From assembly GCA_973895155.1 (NCBI GenBank), contig OZ316894.1:62001-126000 (forward strand): DNA of 64,000 nucleotides, written 5' to 3'. Made by a program: the position numbers and the translations under genes. This stretch comes from Marsupella aquatica. Its lineage: Eukaryota; Plantae; Marchantiophyta. The notes under the pieces are model-generated. The model was not told the origin of the DNA and searched no databases. It was given only the letters and a program-made list of their open reading frames with translations. This document shows positions 50,247 through 63,154 of this stretch, one piece after another. The stretch's first letter is position 1; the number at the start of each line of letters is the position of its first letter.

Positions 50247-51007
50247 CTTCTGATTGAACTCAGGTGCTCTGGGCTTCCTCTGTCAGCACCACAACCCACG
50301 ATCAGATCTGCTACCAGGATAAAATCCAGGAGATTCCACGAGGTGCAATGAATTTGTAGTTATTTCTTGACGACTATGTTTCCAGTGATCTTTCTACAAT
50401 GAGTGTTCAGAAATGGATAGCAGACCAGTAAGCCTCTCGAGTTCTAGGGTGCATTCCTACCTCCGTCCAAAGATGTATTTTCTTGTCTCCCTTGCTCTGC
50501 TGTGATCTTTGGTACAGATAACTTGCAAAAGTTAAATGACTCCTTTCCAACTGAGAGTAACGGCTATCTGTCAAGAATGCAATGATCTTAGAATAGAATA
50601 TTGAAATAATTGTGAAAGGCATATCCAGGTATCAACAAGCTCGTTCCTTCTCCCGTATTTCACTGTACCCACAGAAAGGACAGAGTCAAGAGCCTATCGA
50701 ATTGGTACTAAAATACTTCAGCCAGAAGTCACATGTTATCCTTGGGTTGTGTACAGGACAGACTCTTAGGGCATCTTGACAGGCGTTCATTTGTAAGTTG
50801 CCTACACTGTCCTTTCTGCGCTATACACAAACCAGAATCTCAGGTTTCTGAAAAGAGACTACTTAGAAATAAAGCCTAGCCATCATCTGTAGAATCCATC
50901 GTGATTAGACACAGATGACATGAACGTGAAAGCGCTTCCCTCCCTCTCCTACAATTCAGAAATAAAGGCTATCCATCATTCTTGAACTTGGCTCTTATAC
51001 AATCATA

Positions 51008-51033
51008 CCCCCCCCCCCCCCCCCCCCCCCCCC
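51008..51033 (+). repeat. Poly-C tract (26 nt)
   Basis: Direct reading. Confidence 0.95.
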
Positions 51034-52471
51034 ACCCACCCTGCTTCTGAACACGAAAAAGGAATCAAACTTGAAGTTCAACTCAAGTCTTGATCACATA
51101 AGCCTCATAGCAGGAAATTCCCGCAACTATAAATGTCACACCGTGGTGCTGGAACAAGAGTTTCTGTTTAAAAGTAGGTACGCATAACGTTGAAATCGCT
51201 CTTCAGTCTCATTACCTGAAGGCCGTGTACAAGAACAATGGCGGATGCCAATATCAATCAAACCGGAAGATGAAGGATAAACTCTGCAAATCAAACGTCT
51301 TTGTTGAGAATGTATTCAAGGTCGTTTGGTCGCATCAAATCCAACAAAATGACATTCATACAAAATTTATCATACCTGGCTGAGGACTGTTGCCTAAGGC
51401 GGTCCATATCCAAAAGTTCCATCGAGTCAGCTCCGTTCCCGTGCCGGGAATACGGAGCTCAATGGTACAGTTTTGAGAAATACGATCTTACCTGTTTGAC
51501 AAAGGTTCAAATCAGTCTAAGTAGTGCAATCTTGCAGAGCCCCTCAAATTTCAAGTCTCATCTTTCCTTCCCATGGGCTAAGGAAAGAATATTCATTACG
51601 CGAAGGCTCTGTTGGCGAAACCTTGCCCGGGCAGAGGAATCTCAGCTCAGCGTAACAGTTGGAGCAAGCCCTAGAAGCATAGCAGTAGCGGTATCTTCTC
51701 CAGGATCAATTCCTCCTGCTGGACTCTTTTACGAATCATCCCAGCTTTGCCATCAAAACTTGAGAATCAAAACTACAAGTTTTGAGAAGAAAAAGTATGA
51801 GAAGATCTTCCATCCAAACCCCAAAGCAACCCACCGTCATACCTGCACATTGCCCTCTGAAAAACTATGGCGCGAGCGCTCTTGTTTATCGCCCTCCAAG
51901 AAAGAACCCTTTCCAACTGAAGTGTCCTGCATACCAAACGAAGAATTGACGACATTTCTTCAAAGAAAACTTGTGAACAAGTGTTATGCAGACCGTGTAA
52001 GTAGCAAATTGGGCGGGCTCGACAATTCGTTCAGAACAACAAGCTGAAGCAAGTGGCAACAAAATTGATCTAGATTGTGACGGGAAATCAGGAGACGGGC
52101 AGTAGGAGACGTCATGCAAGAAATGAGCAGGACTTGAACCAGGATGGACAGTATCCCGGGCTGAAAAAGAGATTCTGTCCCGCTTCCTTGGGCGCTCAGA
52201 GGTGAGAAGTATAGTTGCCCAGCAATCTAAGGTCGAAACGCAGAAGAACATCCAGTATAGCTAGGGCCTTACTAGGAATTCTCTGCCCAAAGGACATGAC
52301 GAGAGGCCGTGTAAAAGTGGTAACGCGAACCTAACAGGGATCACTGGATTCGTCAGCATGTAGCTACGAACAGCTCGATACCAAGTCCCCGAGAAGCAAC
52401 TATAGCAATTCAGCAATCCGAAGCCACTACGACAAGTAATTCTTAGCAGATTGTGAATTCTACAAGGATTG

Positions 52472-53300
52472 TTAGCTCATTAAATTAACTACTGAACCAC
52501 CATCCAATAATACATTCTTAATCTTGGTTCCTTTTATATTTAAGTGTACCATTGCTCCCTTACCAGCTAATATTGTCTTTTCCAACTTATAAGTTGGTGT
52601 TAGTGGTAATTCCTGCTCATTATCTTCGTCATTTCTTGTTGTAATTGTCCTTTCCCTTACCTCACTGGTATTTGGTACTGCTGTCTCCTGTGCTCCCTCA
52701 CTCATTTTCTTGAACACTGCTTCTCTGCATTGTGGAGCTATACATAACAATTCTTCAACTTACAGTTAATTCCAGTTTAGCCTTTGAAATAACCTCTACC
52801 AATTTCTTTATTATCTCTTGCTCTCTTTTTGCTCTGATTTGTTACGTTCTCAATGGTTCTTCCCTTACTGATTCATCACTTATTGGGTCTTCCTCATGTG
52901 TAAAGGACTCTCTGATTTCTTCTTTAAAACTCTCATCAGACTCCAAAATTTCAGCTCCATCTTCTATTCTATCATCCAAACCCATTAATCTCTCTGGTCT
53001 TGGCAGCAATTCACTTTGTTGATGTTGTCAGATTTGTTCGATCTGCTGTGTCTCATGTTGTAGCGTCCAATTGTTCCCAACTGGTACTCGGTACTCCACT
53101 TGTGGACGATAGAGCTAACATGATTGGTGGCTCTACCTGTTGTGACCTAGTCACTATATTTACATCCATTGTCTGAATTCTTACATGCTTAACTGGTGCT
53201 TTAGTTTGTGCTTCGGTTCTTTCTTTATTATGTTGCACCCATAATTCACACAAGCCCCTCTTATATGTCCGGGCTTCCCACAATAATAGCAAGTAAGGGG
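52472..53300 (-). pseudogene. Ty3/gypsy gag zinc knuckle and aspartic protease fragment
   Basis: Minus strand CYYCGKPGHIRGAC (about 53290-53250) and KIKNVLLDGGSVVNLM; frameshifted. Confidence 0.8.
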
Positions 53301-53389
53301 AGGTCTTTCTCCCTCTTCCCTGAAGTTCCTCTTATTTGAATATTGTCTGTCAGGATTCCTTGGAATTTATTTTTTCTTAAATAAATAAT

Positions 53390-53842
53390 GAAATAAATAA
53401 TTATACTTCGGGATATATTCTTTATGTGTGTACAACCCCCTAAATTTTGTTGCTCGTAGTAAAGTAATCATTAAAATGCTAAACCCTTTCAGGGTATTAC
53501 AAACACTTAATGAACAGCTGTTGTTTGGCTCCTAACCAGAACAATCTTTATGGTACAACCCCTGGCCGAGTTATGAGTATATACCAGGCTGCAAGTAGTC
53601 AATTCAGACCGGTGGCAGAAGAATAATCATTATGCCTCGAGTAACTCGGAAGTGTGACTCGTTTGTGCCCTGTTTGTCCTTGATGGGCAAATGAGGGTCT
53701 GGACCCGGTCATTTGTCATCCGGCACACCCGGTCGTCCCACCCCTGTCCCGACACCGTCCCAACCCTGTCCCAACCCGATCCCGACCTGGTCCTCACCCG
53801 ACCCAGTTTGGCAACACGTAAACTTGCCCGTTAGCTCAAACC
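53390..53842 (+). repeat. Dispersed repeat, copy 2 (homologous to 7278-7712)
   Basis: Shared blocks as listed for copy 1. Confidence 0.8.
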
Positions 53843-55034
53843 TTTATTCTTCATTTCCCTCACGTAGAAGGACAAGCCAATACCCACGTTTGACGAGGTC
53901 CGGAAGAGTGGTGGCCCTCCCACCACGTGCCCGTCCAAACTCTTTTCTCAGCCTTGAAACAAGTTGAACCTTGCACTAACACGGAATGTTGGGGCAAGTT
54001 CTCCCCGACTATACTCCTTGTCGTTAGCGACCCCTCCCATACGAAGCCGCACTTGCCCTCGTCAGCACAACCGTCGCTCAACGGTCTTTGCTATCTGCAC
54101 AAGCAACCAACCAACCGGTAAGAACCCGTCTTGATCTCAGAACTCCCAAGACCATTGTCTTGCATCAAGCTCAACAGTCATTAGTAAGTAGGTCAGCGGA
54201 TAGAGCCTCCCAGGCCCACATGGCCTTGCCATAAGCTGAATCTAAGGTCGGCATCACTGTTTGTCCGGAACAGTCTATCTACCGGATGTCGCCCAAGCTT
54301 CTCCACTTTCTACCCGTCAATGGCTGACCGCCCTGCCTCCAAGACATGCCCATGGCCCAATCTCAGTTTGTCACAAACTAGTAGTAACACGTCGGGACCA
54401 TTCAATTTCTAGATCTTATCCACCTCTCGGTGAAACCGGGTTCCGCTCAACCTCTCACCATGCATCGGGACCAGATCTCAATGGCAGCCCCCCAGAGTCT
54501 ACTTGGTTCTACCTCTCCAACATCAGGTCCCCGTGGGAACCAAATGCGGTTTGGTCACTGTTCGACTTTGGATCGGCAAGAGGGACTCCCCCATTGCAAG
54601 CCTCAAAACCAAAACCAACCAATGCACAATCAGAGATCACCATGACGTAGCTTTCTTCATTAGCTTTCCAACGAGCCCAAGAACTCCCCCAACGGAGATC
54701 CGGTCGTCGAGTTATGTTTGTTTCCGCTTCAAAACTTGAAACGACGTATCTTCGTCGATCGCGATTAGCTCGAGCTCAAACTTGAGAGGACCACTCCCCT
54801 CATATATGCTTCTGGGGACCTGCCACCCCCGGACCAGCTTTGGTCCCCTATCTTTGGCCCCCTACCCGAGGGTCTGTGGGCCCCGCCACTTAGCTCGAAA
54901 TGAAGATAATCGAAAACCTTCCATAACTTGGCCTTGAGCACAAATTGTGGCATAGGGGGCTAAAAGTTACTGCCCTAACCCTGCTCTGGTCCAGGCAACC
55001 CCTTCTTGGTCCATCGATGCGCGGCGACTCTAAT

Positions 55035-55460
55035 CGAGTCTAAATCGGCCATAACTTTTGGCCCCTAGGTCCGTTGGCCAAAAAATACACAGCCCCATGA
55101 TCGGGCTTATGTGGGGCTTCTTTGGCCCCTATGGTGATCCATTGGAAAAATAGTTCATTTTTCTGTGATTGACAACGGGCCCAAACTACAAGTATGCGGC
55201 TTGAGTCGGCCATAACTTTTGGCCCCTGGGTCCGTTGGCCAAGAAATATGCGGCCCCATGATTGGGCTCATGTGGAGCTTCTCGAGCCCCTGTGGTGATC
55301 CATCGGAAAAATAGTTCATTTTTCCGTGATCGGCAACGGGCCCAAACTACAAGTATGCGGCTTGAGTCGGCCATAACTTTTGGCCCCTGGGTCCGTTGGC
55401 CAAGAAATATGCGGCCCCATGATTGGGCTCATGTGGGGCTTCTCGGGCCCCTATGGTGAA
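55035..55460 (+). repeat. Tandem repeat, 161 bp x about 2.6
   Basis: tcggccataacttttggcccc at 55045, 55206 and 55367. Confidence 0.9.
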
Positions 55461-55462
55461 AA

Positions 55463-57244
55463 TATGGGTGTGTCAAGATTGTCAAAAATTAAATGAGGCC
55501 ACCAAGAAGGATCATTACCCCCTTCCGTTCACGGACATTGTGTTAGACATGGTAGCAGGGTGGGAAATTTATAGTTTCCTGGATGGTTACTCTGGCTACA
55601 ACCAGATCTGGATTCGACAGGAGGACCAACTCAAGACGGCGTTCACAACGGAGTGGGGAATTTTTGCGTTTAGGAGGATGCCTTTTGGGTTGTGCAATGC
55701 CCCGAGGATGTTCCAACGACTCATGATGAACATCTTCCATGACTTTTTGCGTCGGTTCTTGGAGATTTTTATTGATGACTTTGCTGTCTATGGCAAGCGA
55801 GTCAATCATCCTGAACATTTACGTTTGACTTTTCAGCGGTGCCGGCAGACATGCTTCAAGCTCCATCCTGAGAAATGTTTCTTTGGAATTGAGGAGGGGA
55901 TTCTGTTGGGCCACAAGGTGTCCGCTAGGGGAATTGAAGTTGATCCTGAGAAGGTGGCCGTGTGGGTGGCCGTCTCCTTTCCAACCAATGTCAAGGAGGT
56001 GAGAGGGTTCTTGGGTTGTGTCGGCTACTATCGACATTTTATCAAGGACTTTGCCAAGGTGGCCACACCACTAACGTCCATGTTGAAGAAGGGGAGTGAG
56101 TTTGAACCTACCCCTGTCCGGCAAGCTGCCTTTGATGAATTGAAGAAGCGATTGTTTGAGGCACCGGTACTCATTACTCCCAATTGGGCAAAAGAGTTCC
56201 ATGTTTATGTTGACGTATCAGGATTTTGCATAGGTGCTGTCCTCAGCCAACTAGATGAGGATGGGAGGGATCACCCCATCTACTTTGCTAGTAGACAGTT
56301 GGCACCGGCCGAAAAGAATTACTCACCCACCGATAGGGAGGCTCTTGGTATCATTTACGCTTGCAAGAAACATCGTCACTATTTGTTGGGTTACAAAGTG
56401 GTGTTCCATACGGATCACAATAGTTTGAAGTACATGGTCAATAAACCGGATTTGTCTGGGAGGATTGCACGTTGGGTTCTATTGTTGCAGGAGTTCAACT
56501 ATGAGGTGAGGGTGAGATCCGGGAAGAGTCACACCAATGTTGACTTCTTCTCCCGTATTGAGGGAGCATCTGACTCTCAAGAGATTGATGATCATTTTCC
56601 CGATGAAGAGGTCTTCAAGGTGACTACGGAGGCCACTACTTGGTATGGAGAAATTCTTGAATTTCTCCGTACGGCCAGGGTTCCATTACGGCTGGGTCCG
56701 GAACGTGCAGCAGTGTTCTTACGCAAGACGGGGCCCTACTTACTTGTGAAGGGAGTACTTCACAAGTACGGGATGGATGGACGCCTTTGTCGTTGTTTGG
56801 AGGAGGTTGAGATAAGTACAATAATGGCGGCACTACATGAAGAGGAAGTCGGTGGCCACTTTGCACGAGAAACCACCGCTAGGAAGATACTAGATGCTGG
56901 CTATTGGTGGCCAACTCTTTTTTGGGATGTCCACCGGTACAATCAGAGATGTGACCCCTGCCAACGCCAAGGAAAACCAGGGCCCTCCTCTCGACACCCA
57001 TTGGTGCCCATACTTCCCCTTGCACCATTTGAGAAGTGGGGGATTGATTTCATCGGACCCTTCACTCCGATTACCCGAAGGGGAAGAAAACGCTATATCG
57101 TACTAGCCACTGACTACGCCACCAAGTGGGTGGAGGCCAGGGCAACGGCCAAAGATGACGCAAACACCACTACACGGTTTTTGTACGAGCAGATTTCACA
57201 CGGTTTGGCCCACCCTTGGAACTCATAAGTGACCGGGGCACACA
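55463..57244 (+). mobile_element. Ty3/gypsy pol fragment (RT-RNase H-integrase), truncated at both ends
   Basis: KLNEATKKDHYPLP, FLDGYSGYNQI, MPFGLCNA, FIDDF, VDVSGFCIGAVL, TDHNSL, GGHF..CDPCQ, WGIDFIGP. A frameshift near 57194 continues as FTRFGPPLELISDRGTH. The annotated ORF start at 55423 lies in the 161-bp repeat. Confidence 0.92.
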
Positions 57245-57257
57245 CACTAGAAGAAAA
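57245..57257 (+). mobile_element. Possible CACTA transposon terminus interrupting the gypsy integrase
   Basis: CACTAGAAGAAAA begins exactly where integrase homology stops (SDRGTH). No matching opposite TIR was seen. Confidence 0.4.
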
Positions 57258-60129
57258 CCACCCATTCTGAGACCCTCCCCTATGTGACTTGTGCGAGACC
57301 TTCATAAATATGCGACTCCAAGTTTGTGGGTGTCATGTTAGTTACATCATACCAACTAAGTTTTGGTGAGGTTGTGGGAAGTCATGCTTACAACTTTATC
57401 CAATGTCGCTATTGTAACACTGGTAAGTAAGAAATAGGTAAGTTATGTTAGTTACTCCACAATAGTGCAATATGAATTGGACATCAGTTTTTAAAATTCC
57501 GTCAGCATGCATACCCCATTAGCCAATTTCGGATGCCAATCCCTAATGTGTAACTCCCGGTGCAACTACATATTGCACACTCATGGTTCAATAAGTCCAA
57601 ATCTAAATGGGTATAAATATGGGGGTTTTCATCAGAATGGTGGGTACTTTCACTTATAATGTGGGGTCATACTTGACTATATTTGGCCTTGTTCTTGACC
57701 AAAGTGCACTCTCCCCACATTGAACTTTTTGCTAAGTCATTTGCATTGGTTCTTTTATGTCCAAACCAACCTGTTTGCTAAGTCACTCGATGGCTGCCCA
57801 CATGTGAGGGGTACTACTTTCCCTCAGGGTCAGTGCATGTACCTTGGTGGTTGGTTTTGCGAGAGATTTTGGGGGTACTACTTGCCCTAAGTGTTCAGGG
57901 TCAGTGTGCCGCGGAGGTTGGTTTTGCGAGGGAAATTGGGAGTTGACGACCTTCATTCCAGTTGCACTCTTCATGAACTTCCTGCAGGGGGCAATGAAAG
58001 TGTTCGAGCGCGACTGGACTTTAGGGTGCAAATGTGTTTAGGATTGGGCCTGCTATGAGCGTCAGTGTGGAGGTCTGCCAATCAGTTTTGAGGGGAGTCC
58101 ATTGTCGCTTTTCAACCTGTTGGTGAGCTAAGCTGCTATTGAGTTTCAAGTGAGAGCTGCCGACTTGGAGTTGAGCTCTACGAGGTGGTGCCTGAGTGTA
58201 CATCTGCTCGACATACTTTTGGGAGCTCGCAATTGGCAGGAGGGCCAAGTCATTGCACAAAAAGTTGCAGCCGTGACAGTGCAAACTAGCTAGGCGGAGG
58301 CTGGTTACTGCAAGCAAGGCGGAGGATCACTGCGAGCTAGGTGGAGGAATGTTGCGCTGCTTCACATTGTCAAGAGACATGCTGCATCGGCCCAAGTAAG
58401 GTTGCGTTGACCTATCTATCTCTATGTCTGTAAGGTCCTAACCGATAATCTGCTTAGTGAGGTCCTGCTTTAAGCTTCATTTGTGCGATTGATTGTGTCC
58501 TGAGAAGCTTAACCATCACATGGGGGAACGGTAGCGAGAAAGGAGGGGTGGAGCCTGATGGTCGCCAAATATTCAAACAGGGTCGCCTTGCTTGATTTGC
58601 AAACTTTCACTTAGGACGTAGATTAAAGCATTAGACTGTGAGCTTCAATCGCTATGGAAAAGTAGGTTTTTGCTGCGTGGCCCTTCAACAGTTGAGTGGT
58701 GTGAGGGCGTGCAAAGACAACGAGAGCTTCGAAAAGTAACTGTCATTCAGCCCGTCGTCTGAGTTAAGTTGCTGGTTTTGCAGTTTTATAGTAGTGCTTA
58801 TCTGTTTTAATCTCTTAGACTGTGACAAGAAAAGGGCTTCTCATGTGTGTCTATTGAATGCCAGGAGTCACACATACATGCTTTAATAAATGTACTTTGA
58901 TATTGCTATCTGGACGAAGCACTGCAAGGAGAAAACAGTCTGGTGGCCGGAGCTGCTTTGCATCGTCTGTTTGAAACCAAAGAGCTTGACTATCTCACAC
59001 ATGTTGTTATACGAATGTATGAGAACACACTCGTACGTATAATCACATCCATAGCACCTTTTGATAAGTGTGGCAGCTAATGGGGAAGTTTTTCATAGAG
59101 TCTACGTCCTGTAATGTTTGTCTCGAGTGCTTTGAGCTTTTCGGGATGATTGTGTCTATATATTATTGACCACCCACTGGAAGATCCACAAAGGTTCAGA
59201 ATTGAGTTGATGTTTAGTATCAGAGCAGCCGTGAGCCCATTGGAGGTATATCTCAGTTAGATGCTATCTGAAGTGAAAATATTAATTTACATTCACATCC
59301 TGTTTCCTAAGCTAGAAGAGCGGATTGCGTGCCTAAGGTTTGGGGTTTTGACTAAATTTGAATGGGCGTCATTGACTTCCTGAGGACGTCTACAACCCGG
59401 TCTACAATGCATGCTTAGACTTGTGAGGTAGCTAAAATGGTGCCAAGTTTGAAAAGGCAAATGAGGTGGAAATTAGAGCATAGGCTGAACAACCATGGTT
59501 AGCTGCGTCAATTTCGTACAGATCGTGCATTGGAACTATGTGAAATATCCAGAGAGCCCATTTGATTGATTACTGCTAACGCAAAGGTTTATGGATAGTC
59601 GAAAGGGGACTCTGCCTTCACTGGATATTGAAACCTGGCCGTCCAAATCAAGTCTTGCTCGCTCTGACTCCGTAAGGTAGTGATCAAGTAGAGTGGGGAA
59701 TATTTCGATCAGGGACGATAGAAGTTCCAGTAATTCACAGTTTATTCGGATTCTAACTTGGTCAAGAATTGTTTGTAGCCTAGTATCAGGTAGCCTGGTG
59801 TAGTTATAACTCGAGGTAAGGTGTCAACTGTTTATAATGCAGAGAAGTGCAAACTGTTTGAAGACATTTTTCACGGTAACAGCTGGAGGCTGGCAGACTT
59901 TCGCCGACAAAATTTGAATGGGCCCGTTTTGTGGCTTCCTGCTAGATTGTTTATTCAGTAGGTTTTTGATATTGATGAAGGTTTGGATGGTTTGCAAGAC
60001 GAGCGGCCTCAAAGAATGTGTTGTTTGCACTATCACTATCCACCCCAGCACAGTCGCACAGTGTTTGCCCATCTAACGGTGATGTGAGGAAGAGAAGCTC
60101 ACGCTGAGAAACGCTCTGCCTCACTCTCT

Positions 60130-61243
60130 TTCGAAATGCATTCTTGAAAGATCGCCGTTACTCTTAATTGAAACCGAGTTATATCACTTTTGCGCGTTTT
60201 CCGTACCAAATATAGCAGGAAAGAAAGGGAGACAGGAAAATACATCTTTGGACAGAGGTAGGGTCCTAGCCCAAGAACCATGCACTTACCGGTCTGCCCT
60301 GTTGTTAGCGTTTGACTACAGAAACGAAACAACAACAATTCATTGCACCTTGTGGAGTCACCTGCATTTTGTGTTGGTCGATCTGATCGTGGGTTGTGGT
60401 GCTCACAGAGGAAGCCCAGAACACCTGAGTTCAATCATAAGATGACAAGGACAGCACTTTGGGTGGATGTCTGCTCTACTCTAGCATGGGCAAAGGCAAG
60501 GCTCAAATTGATTACTCAAGGCAGATTGGAATCTCGTGCGTATGGAATTGTGGGCCCCGTTATCCGGCAGATGTCTGGCATGGCAAAAATTGCTTGGGGC
60601 TTGTAGAACTTATGGTAACGTGGAGCTGGGTGAACAGGCCGCTAACGAGATTTTCAATTTGGAACCCGGTAAGTCCTCTACATATGTGCTGCTCTCCAAT
60701 ATCTATGCAGCAGCTGGGAAGTGGGAGAAGGTGGCATCTGTGCGCGCTATGATGCAAGAGAGAGGTGTTGGGAAGGAACCAGGACGTAGCTGGATTGAAG
60801 TTGATAACAAGATCCATGAATTTGTTGTTGGGGATACATCTCACCCAGAAGCGGCGACGACCTATACCGAGCTGAATAAATTGAGTGAAAAATTGAAGGC
60901 TGAAGGCTACATTCCGGATACCAAGCTTGTGTTGCATGATATTAATGAGGAGGATAAAGAGCTAGCTCTTTGCTCTCATAGTGAGAAGTTGGCTATTGTT
61001 TACGGACTTATGCACCTACCTTTGGGAGAACCAATTCGTATAAGTAAGAACCTTCGGGTGTGTTCAGATTGCCACTCAGCAACCAAGTATATCTCTAAGG
61101 TGACCGGACGCGAGATTTTTGCAAGGGATGCAAATCGTTTCCACCATTTTAAAGATGGAGAGTGTTCTTGTGGTTGGAGAATGGTGAACAGTTTCCTTGT
61201 ATCGTTTCACAAGGCAGACGAAGCTGTTTGTCACTCCTTTTAA
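60130..61243 (+). pseudogene. Inverted paralogue of the PPR-DYW gene lacking the whole PPR array (leader plus E-DYW only)
   Basis: About 60130-60534 matches the leader of the intact gene (about 50600-50155). 60590-61173 is a near copy of its E/DYW part (LLGACRTYGN..HSEKLA..CSDCH..HHFKDG.CSCG). It ends CSCGWRMV instead of CSCGDYW. There is an ATG at 60542 in the DYW frame. Confidence 0.85.
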
Positions 61244-61700
61244 CTTATTTTAATGTCTACCATAGAGGACTAAGACCAATGGTGGACATGAGCTGGTAAG
61301 TTTCTCAGCTTTTTTAGAGCACCATGTCACTTCCCTAAAGTCATTTATGCTCTGTGACGACATGGTTTCACTACCGCTCATTCATTGAAATATTTGTCAT
61401 AATATAGAGCTTAGAAAACCTAAGAGGTGATGTCCCTTTGCTCATAAACCATTACCATGGTGCACCTGTATACTGTGTGCTTACCGAGAAAAAGAAACAG
61501 AAACGATGGGTGTTCAATAATTTCTGCCTGTGTACGTTGGGGTTTTAACCCTATTGTCTCATAAATTCAACGGATACATTTTAGCTGACCTCTTGATTTT
61601 GATTTCTACCTTCATGGTGTCTGACTGTTGCAAATGGAACTTTGCTTTTTCCATTTGATTGTTATGCTCAATTTTTGTTGCTTTTCTTTTCTACTCCTCT

Positions 61701-61772
61701 TATACTTACCCTCCAAAGAGTGAGGACAGGTCACAATATACTTACCCTCCAAAGAGTGAGGACAGGTCACAA
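61701..61772 (+). repeat. Perfect 36-bp tandem duplication
   Basis: tatacttaccctccaaagagtgaggacaggtcacaa x2. Confidence 0.95.
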
Positions 61773-63128
61773 CTGGCAGGGTTCTATATATGTATCATTC
61801 TGCGTCATGTCGTAGGGACAAACTGAGCTTCTTACCTGGGAGGCTACCACTTATGGGAAGGAATCCTTTCCATAGACTGGCGCTTTTGACCGTGCCAGTA
61901 AGAAATAGAAAATTAATTGATAAATGGCATATTATCAAGCTCCCTTCCTTCAATGCGTCTAAGCAGCCATCAGGTGAATCCACAAGTGAGATTCTTCCAC
62001 TTGTGGTCCTTCCGTGTCAGCTGCTACTGTAGAAGAAACGCCAACTGACTTTGTTGTTGAGATGTTTGACCCAAGTACGGAAAGGCACTTGAGAAAATAG
62101 TCACTTGGAATTGTCGACGAGCATGGCTACAACAAATCTTCAAATGAAAAACTGAAACTGCACAAGAGGAAACCTATTACGAGTAAACTGTTATCAGTTG
62201 TCTTCGACACATCATGGGCATGGTCTGGATAGTCCTCCTGGGCTAGAAAGCACTTGTAGGACTGACAAACCGGTCTACAAAGTTGTACGCACACTAATGT
62301 AGTGTGTAACCAAGATGTAGATATTTCTAAAGGAAAATGTGGCCCAAATGCCAATCCCCTGACTTCTAGAGGTACGTCAGGGAGATCTTATTTTGGTTGT
62401 TATGGCTAGCCGTATATTATTCCTTTTGTGATGTGAATTTTTACATTCCTGTAATCTGCCTATTCAGCTTGTCTTTCTTTAGTCTTGGTGTATTTTACGA
62501 TGGATGTAATTGTTTCTCCCAAAGAGTTCTCCTTCAGATATCTTGTATGTCTGAAATCTTTTACTTCCATGCCGGCTTTGTAAACTCTTCACCCCCCCGT
62601 GGGTCTTGTCATTTCGGAATTTGGGGGCTTCCATACGCTTGAATATTCAGCTCTTAGTGCCGATGGTTTTCTCTTGACCATCAGCATTCGGCCAAAGGGT
62701 GTCTTTGCAGTCACAGTAGATACGTGTACAGACTTGAATCGGAGTCAATGCATTTTGGTGCTTGACTATTTAAACATTGTTGATATAGAAAAAGAGAGGA
62801 GGTTTGCCACTTGTTACAAGAATCACCACACTTGATGATCAAATGAATGATGCAATGCAAGATGGCAGGATTGCTGGGGATCCTAATATGATCCTGCACT
62901 GAGTTTGTGTGACATGAATAGTTCAATGTGGCAATGAAATTGTGATTGTATTCTCATATTGGAATGTTGCAGAACCACAGTCAGAATTTTCAAAGAAACG
63001 AAAGGAGTACGCAACAAGGGTGACCAACACTATCTCTGGGCCTGTGTGTCGGAGTGACAGGTTGAGCAAGAAGGTCGTACCTACAATGGCAGAATGTGGA
63101 GATGAGATGGATCCTGCACAGGTGGGTA

Positions 63129-63154
63129 TTTAGGGTTTAGGGTTTAGGGTTTAG
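63129..63154 (+). repeat. Interstitial plant telomere repeat (TTTAGGG)3.7
   Basis: Direct reading. Confidence 0.85.

Noticed and set aside
51301-52047. 248-aa plus-strand ORF
   Set aside because: No recognisable motif, and splice-like signals in this region point to minus-strand upstream exons instead.
59212-59226. tagtatcagagc resembling a tRNA-Met PBS
   Set aside because: Not preceded by a CA LTR end, and no second LTR or gag was found.
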